A DNA stretch of 64,000 nucleotides, from positions 3,658,001 through 3,722,000 of the forward strand of contig NC_092356.1 in the NCBI RefSeq assembly GCF_963676685.1, read 5' to 3'. Every line of letters starts with the position of its first letter. Within the stretch, counting starts at the first letter, position 1. Of the stretch, positions 1 through 11,639 are shown piece by piece. This DNA comes from Mytilus edulis (taxonomy: Eukaryota). The notes under the pieces are model-generated. The model saw nothing but the letters and a program-made list of their open reading frames with translations. It did no database searches and was not told the origin of the DNA. The position numbers and the translations under genes are program-made.

Positions 1-1460
1 ACCGCCCAGACATGCCATTGAGGAATAGTATAGCTCAAACTAATGTTAAGGGTGTTAACTACATGCCTGGATCTTTATTTATACTGAAATATGTGAACGT
101 AAGCCAAAACAATATTTAATCGACCCCTACTCCCAATTTTGATAGCCAGACGCCAATATTGACCATACCTACCCCGGATCTTTTCACCCTAGAGACCAAA
201 CTGAGCATATCATTGGTCTATACAAGGTGTCATTTTTACCGTAAAGGCCTTGGCTTACTTTAACATATGTTTTCCAACTTACATAGGTGCCTCATTAAGG
301 GGGAAACACGAAAAACCATCATAAAAGCCTAGACAATCAACATAAAGGCAAATATCACTTATAGTGAAAATCTTCCCCCAGCACTGCCCAGACATGCCAT
401 TGAGGTATATCATAGCTCAAACTAATGCTAAGTGTGTTTACTACATGCCTGGAACTTTATTTATACTGAAATATGTGAACGTAAGCCAACAAAATATTTA
501 ATCGACCCCTACTCCCAATTTGAATCGCCAGACGCCAATATTGAGCATACCTACCCCGGATCTTTTCACCCTAGAGACCAAACTGAGCATGTAATGGGTC
601 TATACAAGGTGTCATTTTTACCGTAAAGGCCTTGGCTAACTTTAACATGTGTTTTCCATCATAAATAAGTGACTCGTTAGGCGGAAAATACGAAATACCA
701 TAAAAAAGCCAAGAAAACCAACATAAAGGCAAATATCAATTATAATGACAATCTTCCCCCAGCACCGCCCAGACATGCCATTGAGGTATATTATAGCTCA
801 AACTAATGCTAAGGGTGTCTACTACATGCCTGAATTTTTATTTAAAGTGAAATATGTGAACGTAAGCCAAGACAATATTTTATCGGCCCCTACCCCCAAT
901 TTGGATAGCCAGACGCCAATATTGACCATACCTACCCCGGATCTTTTCACCCTAGAGACCAAACTGAGCATGTCATTGGTCTATACAAGGTGTCATTCTT
1001 ACCGTAAAGGCATTGGCTAACTTTAACATGTGTTTTCCAACATAAATAGGGGCCTCATTAAGCGGGAAACACGAAAAACCATCATAAAAGCCAAGACAAC
1101 CAACATAAAGGCAAATATCAATTATAGTGAAAATCTTCCCCCAGCACCGCCCATACATGCAATTGAGGTATATTATAGCTCAAACTAATGCTTAGGGTGT
1201 CTACTACATGCATGAATCTTTATTTACACTGAAAAATGTGAACCCATACCCCCCAATTTGGATAGCCAGACGCCAATATTGACCATACCTACCCCGGATC
1301 TTTTCACCCTAAAGACCAAACTGAGCATGTCATTGGTCTATACAAGGTGTTGTTTTTACCGTAAAGGCCTTGGCTAACTTTAACAAGTGTTTTCCAACAT
1401 AAATAAGTGCCTCATTAGGCGGAAAACACGAAATACCATAAAAAAGCCAAGAAAACCAAC
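1..1460. repeat. Tandem satellite, ~381-bp unit, ~3.8 copies (continues off the left edge)
   Basis: ACCGCCCAGACATGCCATTGAGG-like motif recurs at 1, 383, 764 and 1146 with colinear similarity between units. Confidence 0.95.
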
Positions 1461-2010
1461 GACCAAGATGGGTAAAGTGTTTTTACGTTTTTAATTGAGG
1501 TGCCAATTTGGGGTAGGGTGACCCTACCACTTCCCCTCTTTAATTTAAAAAAAATCCCTGTGGCAAAGGTTTTGTCCACATAAGGTACAACTGATAGGTT
1601 ATTGCATAAGGTTGCATGAACCAAAAGACCCGGGTGGGTTAAGTTATGGAACGTTTTTCAATTGAGGTCCAAAGTTGGGGTAGGGTGTCCATAGCAACTC
1701 CCTTCTTTAATTCATTTAAAATTCCCGACGACAAAGGTTTTGTCCACGTTTGGTACAAAAGATAGGCAATTGCTTAATGTTATCTGGACTTTAAGACCCG
1801 GGTGGGTAAATTCAATGAACTTTTTTAATTGATGTCCAAAGGTGGGATAGGCTGATTTTTCCATTCACTTTTTTAATTCATACAAAACTCCCTACGGCTA
1901 AGCTTTTATCCACATTAGGTACAACTAATAGGCAATTGCATAAGGTTTCCTGGACCTAAAGACCCAGGTGAGTTAAGCTATGGAAATATTTTGATTGAGG
2001 TCCAAAGTTA
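1461..2010. repeat. Diverged tandem repeat, ~167-bp unit, ~3.3 copies
   Basis: AAGACCCGGGTGGGT-like motif near 1625, 1793 and 1959; GGTTTTGTCCAC...GGTACAA recurs at the same period. Confidence 0.85.
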
Positions 2011-3372
2011 AAAGAATACATGTCAGTTTTCCAAATCCCATGTACAGAATTAGGATAAATCATGGATATCTATATATTAATAGATAAAAAAAAAGAGGGA
2101 CGAAATATACCAGACGGACAGTCAAACTGCCAACGAGGTTCACGTTTTGTTTTTCTTATTTTAATTGCTTCACGGGAATATAATATACGAAATTTTTATA
2201 TTTAGAGAGCTTATATTTTTCTGCATTTTTTAAACTCGTCTATAAATAAAACTAACCTTTGAAGTACATTATCATAACATTAAAATAAATTGCAAAAAAT
2301 ACCAAGTAGTCCAAAATCAAGATATTTATAAATATCTTCGAAGTTGGGATTGAGGACTTTGTTTTCCTAAAACATATCTTTTTTGCAGTTTAGCAAGGTT
2401 CTTAAATTGAAGAAAATACAGTTCTAAAATTTATATTGTTGACTTAAAATAAGAATTGTATGTATAGTAAAAATAAATGTGGCGTTTGTTCTGTATAAAC
2501 AACATACATATTCGATTCGTTAAGTTGTCACATATTTATACGCATAATTTCTACATGACGTAATAAAAATAAACAGCCTCACAATTTTGGGTTTTCCAGA
2601 ATTTCCAGAATTTGACAAATCTGTGTGTTTTTTCAAAGTGAATAAACAAAGACACAACTTATGGAAATAGAGGTAAGATACAATTGAATTGTACAAACAT
2701 ATCAATTGTTTTAGTTTCATTTGAGTTTTAACTTATTTCCTGATATTTATTCGTTGACGTAATTTGAAAAGGTTTCATCGAAACTATTTTTACATTTCTC
2801 TCATGAACAGTTTCCGGTTAATTGAAAAGTATATATATTCACCAAAGTAGGCACGGGGTTTAAGTATGCATTTCCCTGCAAATATATTATATTTTTCTAT
2901 GAAAAACTTATTTATTCTTAAAGGCTTTTACATTATCTTTCAGATGCACCAAAAATTAGCTCAATTGCGTTTATTTTAGTTAAACTTCGAAATTTGAAGA
3001 CGTATATATGATGACGTATGCGCTTGCATCAAACTATAACTTACGTGTACGGTCTTTAATCATATATATCTCAATTAAACATGTATATCTTGCTTTTAAC
3101 ATTGGGTTGTCGGATTTTTCAGAATTAGTGCCGACCTGTTGAATAATTTGACTCCTTATCAATTTTACTATAACTACTTTAGTTTCTGAAATATAAGTCA
3201 AAAACTGCATGTTATCCTTATTTTCTATTTTAGCCGTCACGGTCACGTTTCTTGGCCACAAAAGAATCAAATTATATACCTTAAGCAAAATACCATAAGG
3301 ACCAATATAACACGTTTACATCAAGAGCAAGTAAAAACAACTGAATCACGATCGAGTTTTCGGGCCTTTACT

Positions 3373-3497
3373 CACAGGCACTTGTTTCTGTCAATATGGG
3401 GTTTACTATCCATACCCGTACTAAAATTAAAAATCGAGTGATTTTTTAGTACGGGTATGGATAGTAAACCACATATTGACAGAAACAAGTGCCTGTG
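3373..3497. mobile_element. Fold-back MITE with CAC...GTG termini (CMC/EnSpm-like)
   Basis: ~54-bp near-perfect inverted arms (CACAGGCACTTGTTTCTGTCAATATG... / ...CATATTGACAGAAACAAGTGCCTGTG), flanked by CT on both sides (possible 2-bp TSD). Confidence 0.7.
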
Positions 3498-3664
3498 CTG
3501 AAATGTTATTGAATATAGATATATATATAGTAACAGTATCTATCCGTCACTCCAACTGCCCAAGGCGTTTTGAACGCAAATGCTGTGAAACTGTTTGACA
3601 AATATCTTTCAAACTTTTATGGTTTGTATGCCATCATATTTAAAAAAAAAAAAAACAGAAAAAC

Positions 3665-3985
3665 ACAGATGTGGTATGATTGCCAATTAGACAACTCTGC
3701 ACAAAAGAACAAATGACACAGAAATTAACAAATCTTTATAGGTCACTGTAAAGCCTTCAACAATACGCAAAGCCCATGCCGCATTGTCGGCTTTGAAAGA
3801 CTCCAAAATCACAAATATGAAACCAAACGACAAAACTACATGTATATTAATGTAAAAACAACTGAACGAAAAACAAATGTTTAACACAGCAATAAACGAC
3901 AACTGAATTACAGGCTCCTAACTTGGTACAGACAAATATATACAAAATGTGGCGGGGTTAAACATGTTAGCGGAATCTCAACCCT
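3665..3985 (-). repeat. Dispersed host repeat (same family as the Polinton target)
   Basis: Shares AGATGTGGTATGATTGCCAAT...ACTGAATTACAGGCTCC...GGCGGGGTTAAACATG with 8268-8342/26279-26530 and 48300-48562. Confidence 0.8.
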
Positions 3986-4899
3986 ATACTTAATTCGGAC
4001 AGTGATGTAACAGCATAGCATATGAACGAACTATATGTCCATTCTCAATTTTATAAAATTGTGTTGAAAAAGGCTAAATACATATAAGAAAACACATGGA
4101 CCTGACATGGTACTTGTACATTCCAACAACAAAAAGTACATATCTGAGAAGACTCGCAGTCAGTGACAGCTAGTTCAAAGCAAATAAAAAACAATCGTGC
4201 ATCAAGACTAAATTATCAATCACATCCAATATACAATGGATGGATGCAGTGGAAAGACGTCATATAAACAGTTAGAGAAAACCATTACCTTGTTCAACGC
4301 CAAGATACATGCGTCGACAGATGGTAGATCCATTAAAGTGCATATGTATATAACAATAGTGTCTAGTCTGCTATTAATTTACGGTAGCAAAATCTATATT
4401 TATACCAATAACAAAATGTTGTGTCCTAAGTAAACGGATGCCCCATCTGCACTATCATTTCAATGTTAAGTGGACCGTGAAAATGGGGTATAATCTCTAA
4501 TTTGGCATTAAGAAGATCATATCACAAGGAACATTAGTACTAAGTTTCAAGCTGATCATGAAAAACTTCTCGACCATAATCTTTAATCTACCTGGACCAA
4601 CAATCTTTAACCTGAAGCGGGACGAACGAATGGACGGACGGACGAACAGACGGACTGACGCACAGACCAGAAAACATAATGGCATAAATGGGACATAAAA
4701 CCAATATTCAAATACAGAGATGAAATGCTAACATTTAGAATAAGTTTATTTAAAGGGTCAATAAGCTTATAGCTATGGAAGAATAAAGTACAAGTTTTAA
4801 GTTATTTGTGGTAACGAAATCCCTAACTTAATAATTTACCACTAATACACATAAATTACGTTTGTTGAAATCTAAAACCTCACAACAGACACGAGCATA

Positions 4900-5470
4900 G
4901 TGGATGTTAAAAAGGTATTATCAAGAATTCATATTCATTAATTTTTATAAATTTAAAAATAACAGTTTGCAGTATTTGCAATATTCTTCGAATTATAAAG
5001 GGGTTTTCTTCCTCATGTGTATATTATAACCGTAGCCGTATTTTGGAATTGTTTACGCAATGCTCTTAGATTTTAAATTTATTTAGAATTCTATTTTTCT
5101 TTTATTTGAGTGCCAACTGTTTGTCTCTTATAGACGAAACGCGCCTCTGCTATGCAACGTTTTGTCTTGATATAATTTTTTTAGTCAACATTTCTGCGTT
5201 ATCATGAATATCACTGATATAAATGTAAACATAGTCATATTTTTAAACTTACAGTTGGCGTAATTCTGAATTCTTGTAAATCCTAAAGATTTTTTTAACT
5301 CAAGCAAAACTATTTACCGTAGTCGTATTTTGGAAAAATCTGTGAAAAATTATTGACCCTCTTCTAATTTATACTTGATTTGGCTATTTAACTTTTTTTT
5401 TATTCGAGCATCACTGAGAGTCTTATGAAGATGTAACCCGCGTCTGGCATGCAAGATCTTAGGCCTAATA
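4900..5470 (+). repeat. Decayed tandem copies of a hammerhead-type (retrozyme-like) repeat
   Basis: Degenerate versions of CACTGATGAGTC...GACGAAACGCGCGTCTGG at ~5110-5150 and ~5406-5448, about 300 bp apart; catalytic cores mutated. Confidence 0.6.
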
Positions 5471-5646
5471 CTTTTTTGAACAGGGATAAATGAAAAAAAA
5501 TCAGACTTCTAGTACAAATGTATGTACACAATACATACTGCTTATAGTTGTAATTATTACATAGTTTACCTACCATCTTTAAATAAATTGGCATTTGTAT
5601 GTTGTAGATAAAAAACACATCTGTGAACAGACTGTAACACTTAGTT

Positions 5647-6666
5647 ATGTCCAGTAAAGAGGCTACTGCAGACAAAGAGTTTCACCGAAAAAGTTCTTGT
5701 CTACGTCAAATGAAAAATCTTACTGGTAAACAACCTTACAAATGTGATGAATGTTGTAAAGAATTTAGTAGCAAAGGCAATTATAATATACACAAGAAAA
5801 TCCATACTGGTGAAAAACCTTACAAATGTGATATTTGTGGAAAAGGATTTGTCCAAAACAGTAACTGTAAAGTTCATTTGAGAAAACATACTGGCGAAAC
5901 ACCTTACAAATGTGATAAATGTGGAAAAGTATTTGGTCATAAAGGCAATTATAATATACACAAGAAAATCCATACTGGTGGAAAACCTTACAAATGTGAT
6001 ATTTGTGGAAAGGAATTTTGCCAAAAAAATAACTGTAAAGTTCACATGAGAACACATACTAGCGAAAAACCTTACAAATGTGATGTATGTGATAAGGAAT
6101 TTGGTCAGAAAGGCAACTATAATGAACACATGAGAATTCATACTGGGGAAAAACATTTTAAATGTGTTTTTTGTGATCAAGAGTTTCACCGAGAAAGCAC
6201 CTGTCGAATTCACATGAGAAAGCATACTGGTGAACAACCTTACAGATGTGATGTTTGTGGAAAACAGTTTCGCAGAAAAAGGAATTGTCTAACTCACATG
6301 AGAACACATACTGGCGAAAAACCTTACAAATGTGATATTTGTGAAAAAAAGTTTGGCAAAAAAGATAGTTGTCTAATTCACATGAGAACACATACTGGTG
6401 AAAAACCTTACAAATGTGATGAATGTGGTAAAGAATTTAGTGCCAAGAGCAACTATAATGTACACATGAAAAAACATACTGGCGAAAAACCTTACGCATG
6501 TTATATTTGTGGAAAAGAATTTGGCCAAAGCAGTTCTTGTCGTACACACATGATAACACATACTGGCGAAAAACCTTACAGATGTGATGTATGTGGTAAA
6601 GCATTTGGTCACAAAAGCAATCGTAATAAACACATGAAAATCCATACTTGGAAAGATAAGATGTGA
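5647..6666 (+). CDS. C2H2 zinc-finger array protein (11 complete fingers)
   Basis: 339-aa ORF with 11 CxxC-x12-HxxxH units and TGEKPY linkers. It starts inside a degenerate finger, so it may be a terminal exon or a truncated gene. Confidence 0.92.
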   Translation: MSSKEATADKEFHRKSSCLRQMKNLTGKQPYKCDECCKEFSSKGNYNIHKKIHTGEKPYKCDICGKGFVQNSNCKVHLRKHTGETPYKCDKCGKVFGHKGNYNIHKKIHTGGKPYKCDICGKEFCQKNNCKVHMRTHTSEKPYKCDVCDKEFGQKGNYNEHMRIHTGEKHFKCVFCDQEFHRESTCRIHMRKHTGEQPYRCDVCGKQFRRKRNCLTHMRTHTGEKPYKCDICEKKFGKKDSCLIHMRTHTGEKPYKCDECGKEFSAKSNYNVHMKKHTGEKPYACYICGKEFGQSSSCRTHMITHTGEKPYRCDVCGKAFGHKSNRNKHMKIHTWKDKM

Positions 6667-7020
6667 TATTTTGAAAAAGAGTTGGCAGAATCAGTAATTG
6701 TCTGAGACATACAAAAACACATACTGATAAAAGATGACCTAAAATGTGACGTATGGGTACAAGCTTTAGTTCCGACGGTTATTATCGTAAAGACATTATA
6801 ACCCATACTTGTGATGAATAATTGCATGCACATTTACCTGTATCGGTAAATAATTTAGTGGAAAAAGTCACTTTTATAGGCACACGAGAATTCGTGAAAT
6901 TTACAAAAGTGGTGTACATGTGTTGAGTGAAGGATTAAGTGACAATAGATACACGAGAAATCATGAACGTTATGATCTTTACAAGTGTGGTATGCAAAAA
7001 TTCATACATGTGATGACCTT
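6667..7020 (+). pseudogene. Frameshifted, decayed zinc-finger units after the stop codon
   Basis: Finger-like DNA (TGTGATATT, CATACTG, AAATGTGAC, CCTTTATACAAG) continues out of frame. Confidence 0.6.
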
Positions 7021-7024
7021 TATA

Positions 7025-7630
7025 CAAGTATGTCCTTCCGATTACGTTCATATATATATAAGGCAGCAACCATTTGATTTTCTGGGGTTTTTTTTGGAAA
7101 AGTTTTTGGAGAAAAAAATAATTTGTTTTTGATTCTAAGAAAAAAAAATGTTTGTTTCACCCTCAGCTGCCACTATATGTAATGCTAAAATTGAAAGAAA
7201 AAAATTGTTTGCGACTTGTCGCGAAAAAAATAGATTGTTTTTCGCTGCAGGCGAAAAAAAAAATTTGTCCAGAAAAAAAAACATAGCCCCCCCCCCCCCC
7301 CCCCCCAGAAAATCAAATGGTTGCTGCCTAACACTTGTACTCAATTTTGGTAGGAGTATGTCCTTCGGATACATTCATTTAACACTGATACTAAGTTTTT
7401 GTAGGAGTATGTCCTTCCGATAATATTCATATAACACTAGTACGAAGTTTTTGTATGAAATGTCCTTCCGATAACGTTCATATTATATAACTCTGGTACT
7501 CAATTTTTGTGGGAATATGTTCTTCCGATACATTCATTTACTAAGTTTTTGTAGGAGTACGTCCTTCCGATAACGTTCATATAACACTGGTACTAAGTTT
7601 TTGTATTAGTATGTCCTTCCGATAACGTTA
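7025..7630. repeat. ~52-bp minisatellite interrupted by a MITE
   Basis: TATGTCCTTCCGATAACGTTCATATAACACTGGTACTAAGTTTTTGTAGGAG-like units near 7029, 7357, 7408, 7460, 7517, 7558 and 7610. Confidence 0.85.
7062..7328. mobile_element. PIF/Harbinger-type MITE
   Basis: TIR GGCAGCAACCATTTGATTTTCT at both ends; TAA TSD at 7059-7061 and 7329-7331. Confidence 0.85.
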
Positions 7631-8342
7631 TAAAAAGACTTGAACTTACTTATTCTTGGGCTAGACCCAAACAAAACGTACATATAGCACTTTTACTGCC
7701 TACTAGAGGTATATGGTAGTATCATATGTTTTTTTTTTAAATTATTTGATGCCGTGGGATTGGGATTTTTAGCTTTAATGTAAACCATGTCCGGTTTTTA
7801 ACTTGTATTTACAGCAAAGATAGCCAGTTTTGTGTTCTGTAATATACTGTAACAGTTTAATTTTTCATGTCCGGTAGCATCGTTATTTCTCAAAACATCT
7901 TCCGAACAATATCTGGACGGTGTCGTGGGCATGTACAATTGCCAAACCACACATGAACGTTCTTTAGTCTTCGTAGATCTAATCCAACTTGAAGTCTTTT
8001 TGAGTCTACGACAAGCAGAACATGATATTTTATTATACCATTGAATATTGAAGCCATAGTCATGATGACGTCAAGATCGATTACTTGATTGGTGTTCCGT
8101 AAACGTAGCCGCAGAACAAAAACGCGAGAGCTACTTTTGAATATTTCTACAATTTTAAGTAGTTTTCCACTCACAAACACAATAATATTTTCAACATTTA
8201 TTAAACTATTTTTTTTTTACTTTTATGTTGTTTTAAAATATCAATTTGACTTGAATTTGGGACCCCGCTAACATGTTTAACCCCGCCACATTCAAAATGT
8301 ATGTGCCTGTCCCAAGTCAGAAGCCTGTAATTCAGTGGTTGT

Positions 8343-8830
8343 AGTAGTATATATTGTGTGGCAGCAGCAAATATTTTTGCCACGTTGACAAAAATTTGTT
8401 CCCGCTAGCAAAATTGTATAATATATTTGTTGAATAATATCAAAATATTGGATTTTAAAATTTGTAGAAATATAAAAGACTGTTTTGATTTTTTCACACG
8501 TTGCATTTTGCAGACGTCAAGAAAATTACATAATATAACTGTTGTATAATATTAAATGAAAATTTTGTTTTTTCACTTATAAAAGAATGTTTTGATTTAT
8601 TTTCCATCGCATTTAACATATAGACAATTTAAATTGTTAATATTTTGGATAAAGAAGTTAAAAGTAAAACTGAAAAAATAGAAGATTAAATGACTTCGCG
8701 TTGAGAGAAGAAATTTTATAAAACTTTTAAGTTTCATTTGTAACAAAAATGAATAAGAATTGAAAATATATTAATTAACCCTAACCCTAGCGTATATTGT
8801 AAAAACTATTATTATTATTTATTAAAACAA
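8343..8830 (+). repeat. Left terminal inverted repeat (outer ~55 bp identical, inner part diverged)
   Basis: Aligns to the reverse complement of 25798-26278, including the TAACCC repeats at 8776-8789. Confidence 0.85.
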
Positions 8831-8979
8831 TCCATACTCAAACATTAATTAAACCTTATCCATCTACCACTCTTATCCCAACCATATATCACGGAATTAA
8901 TTACCCCTAATTTATTCCCTAATTAGACTATTGTTTTTATTTCTCATCCGGGTATTTAATTCCTCAAAATATTTGCAAA

Positions 8980-10321
8980 ATGTCACCCATCAACACCATG
9001 TTTATATTCATCATCATTTGTTTCACAATGTCAGCTGTTTCATGCTCGCATGAATTGAGAGATGTATGCACAGTGGAGGGGGATACTCTCCATTGCAGAT
9101 GGACTGGAGCAGGGCTCTACAACACCAGAATCCGACTAGATGTAAAGAAAGTCGTATTCGAAAGATTTTTTGTTGCCGGACAATTGGACCTTGCAAATAA
9201 TAGAGGCCTGCATTCAATTGAGATCAAACAAGGAAATTCTAAATGCAGCAATGTTTTAGCAGCACCAGAAACAATAACAATTGTTAATGGTATACATTGT
9301 GATGTAAGTATATAGGAAATTAGAAAAGAATAACAGAATAATAAGAGCTTTAAAGTAATCACGTAGTATTGTCTCTATATGTAAAGTGACTAGAAACAAC
9401 CTAAACTATGAGCAGATCTTATATATTATTTATTAATTTTATTGTGTAAAACATTTCTTACATTATGTATATTTTTTTTTTACAGAATGGAGTCATAGCT
9501 TCTACAACAACAACAGCAGCAACAAGAGTAACACCAGGATCCACATTGTCAATCGGCACCACTGATAAACAACTGGTAAGCATTTATCTGATATTTTTTT
9601 AATTAAAACGTCCGTTTTGTTTTCTATTTTTATTAGGAAATACATGTACATGAACGAGTCAATTTGTATTCTCTATAGTATAGTGCTTAAAAACAAATTA
9701 AAATGTGAAGGATAAGATTTTTTAATATCAACATTTTCATGAAATACATGATTTTATTTCTTTATTTCAGAAGTCAACACCACATGCACAGGAGGAAGAC
9801 AAGGGTCTAGATAATATTAAGATCATTCTTATAATGATTTTTGGTAAGTATCTAAATTTAATTTATTTATTTGATTGACAAACAATATAAAAATAAAATA
9901 AATAAATAAAATAAAAATATATACATGTTCTAATAAAAACACTTATTTATAAATAAGAAAAAGATGCGGTATGAGTGCCAATGTATTATAGATCAAAGTA
10001 TGACCTTCAACACAGAGCAAAAGCTCACACCAAACAGTAAGCTATAAAGACAATTCAAACAGAAAAACCAATGGTCTAATCTATTTATATATATCAATAT
10101 ATTTTATAATTTTTAAAGTAAGTGACATATTCAAATTTATCTTTACAGCATCTCTAGCATGTGTTATGCTCTTGTCGCTGATGTTATTTTGCATCTGCAA
10201 AAAGAAGAGAACTGCAAAAACCAATTTCCGCCAACACCAATTCTCCTTCAATGTCGATGCAGATTCACTATCCGAAATAGAAATTGCAGATTTTGTTAAT
10301 ACACCAAAAAAAACTGTTTAA
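8980..10321 (+). CDS. Spliced type I membrane protein, ~219 aa (exons 8980-9303, 9486-9575, 9771-9843, 10149-10321)
   Basis: Three GTAAG...YAG introns with compatible phases (0,0,1). Product has a signal peptide, Cys-containing ectodomain, Thr-rich stalk, TM IILIMIFASLACVMLLSLMLFCIC, KKKR stop-transfer and C-terminal KKTV. Confidence 0.8.
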
Positions 10322-10362
10322 GTTAATATCTATCTCTGTATTTACTACTTTTTAATTTGTAG

Positions 10363-10529
10363 AATATATCCTCATCGCAATTTATGAAAGGCTTCAAGAA
10401 ATTATAAATTATTTTTTTCCACCACGTGAAAATAACAGACGAGTAGCCCCAGCACAACAACAACCACCAAGAATATTGAGAAGATCAAACAGGATATCTA
10501 TTCGGCCACAGAGACTAACCTATGATTAA
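10363..10529 (+). CDS. Putative alternative terminal exon of the membrane-protein gene
   Basis: Acceptor TTTTTAATTTGTAG at 10362; open in phase 1 (EYILIAIYERLQEIINYFFPPRENNRRVAPAQQQPPRILRRSNRISIRPQRLTYD*), matching the exon-3 donor. Confidence 0.5.
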
Positions 10530-11639
10530 TTTTCTAAACTTTTAAATTTTATGAAATTTTTTAAATTTTTTTTCTAAATTTTATATTTTTTTTATTTTTT
10601 TTTTTCTAAATTTTATAATCTTTTTTCTAAATTTTATAAACTTATTTATACACTGTTATCTAAATTTTAATAATCACTGATGAGGATGTATTCTACAAAT
10701 CTACTTATATTATGAAAAATTATATCACCAAAACTTTTCAATTTTCTTTCATTTGATTTATTTGGATTAGTTACACTTTATTTTAATTAAAGAAAAGATT
10801 TTGATTATACTCGCATTTCTCTACTCTCATTTTATTATATTGTAAATAGTAGTATACATGTAGTTTGTTTTTATAAATTCACCTTAGTTTATATGTTTCA
10901 TGCTCATTCAAACCATAAATTTCATTATAAATCTATTCTTTTCATTAAATAATCTACTTTCTCTGGTATTAAAGTTCATTATTAATCTATTCCTTTCATT
11001 AAATTATTCTTTTTAGTTTTCCATTTACATATGTTTAGTTTTGTAATAGAAATAAATTAAATTAAAAAACAAATATGATTGGTATTATTGTATATATGTA
11101 AATAATATATATATGTATATAATGTTTGGAGAACTTTTTGTTTTTATGTTTACTTTATCATCATTTTCATCTTTGGAATTTTTTCATATGAGAATTTACA
11201 GCATCCAAATTTAATTACAACATATTATCGCATATTTTATCATATTGTGTTTGCTTAAACTTTTTTTCTTTTGTTTTTATTACTTTTTATAGTGCTATAT
11301 GATTAAGTTAAACCTAGAGATAAATATATAAAAATTCTTGATTTGTAACCGCTGTCATGGTGCTTTCTATAACATGTTTTATGTGAAAAAAAATGGTGCA
11401 TTACAAATGATGTAAGTTTTTTATAACCAAATTTCATTTGATAGTTCTCTTGTTTATATTATTTACAATTGTTATATAAATAGTGCAGAAAACTTGATTT
11501 GTTTTGAAACTTACTATGTTGTTTCATGGAATAAAGTATTTGTATTTGATATGTGTTAATAAATTAGACTTTTCTTAAACTTTTCCCACTGCATTGCTAC
11601 CCCAATCAATGTGGATGATTACCAGTTGACACCATTTGT

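Noticed and set aside
432-1158. ORFs in the 381-bp satellite
   Set aside because: Frames are not preserved between repeat units.
5701-6833. Several minus-strand ORFs over the zinc-finger gene
   Set aside because: Antisense shadows of the periodic C2H2 coding sequence.
10310-10321. C-terminal PDZ-binding motif in the membrane protein
   Set aside because: KKTV has Thr at -1 rather than -2; it fits KKxx instead.
11293-11411. Possible extra exon in the Polinton left arm (AG...GTAAGT)
   Set aside because: Stop codons in all three frames.
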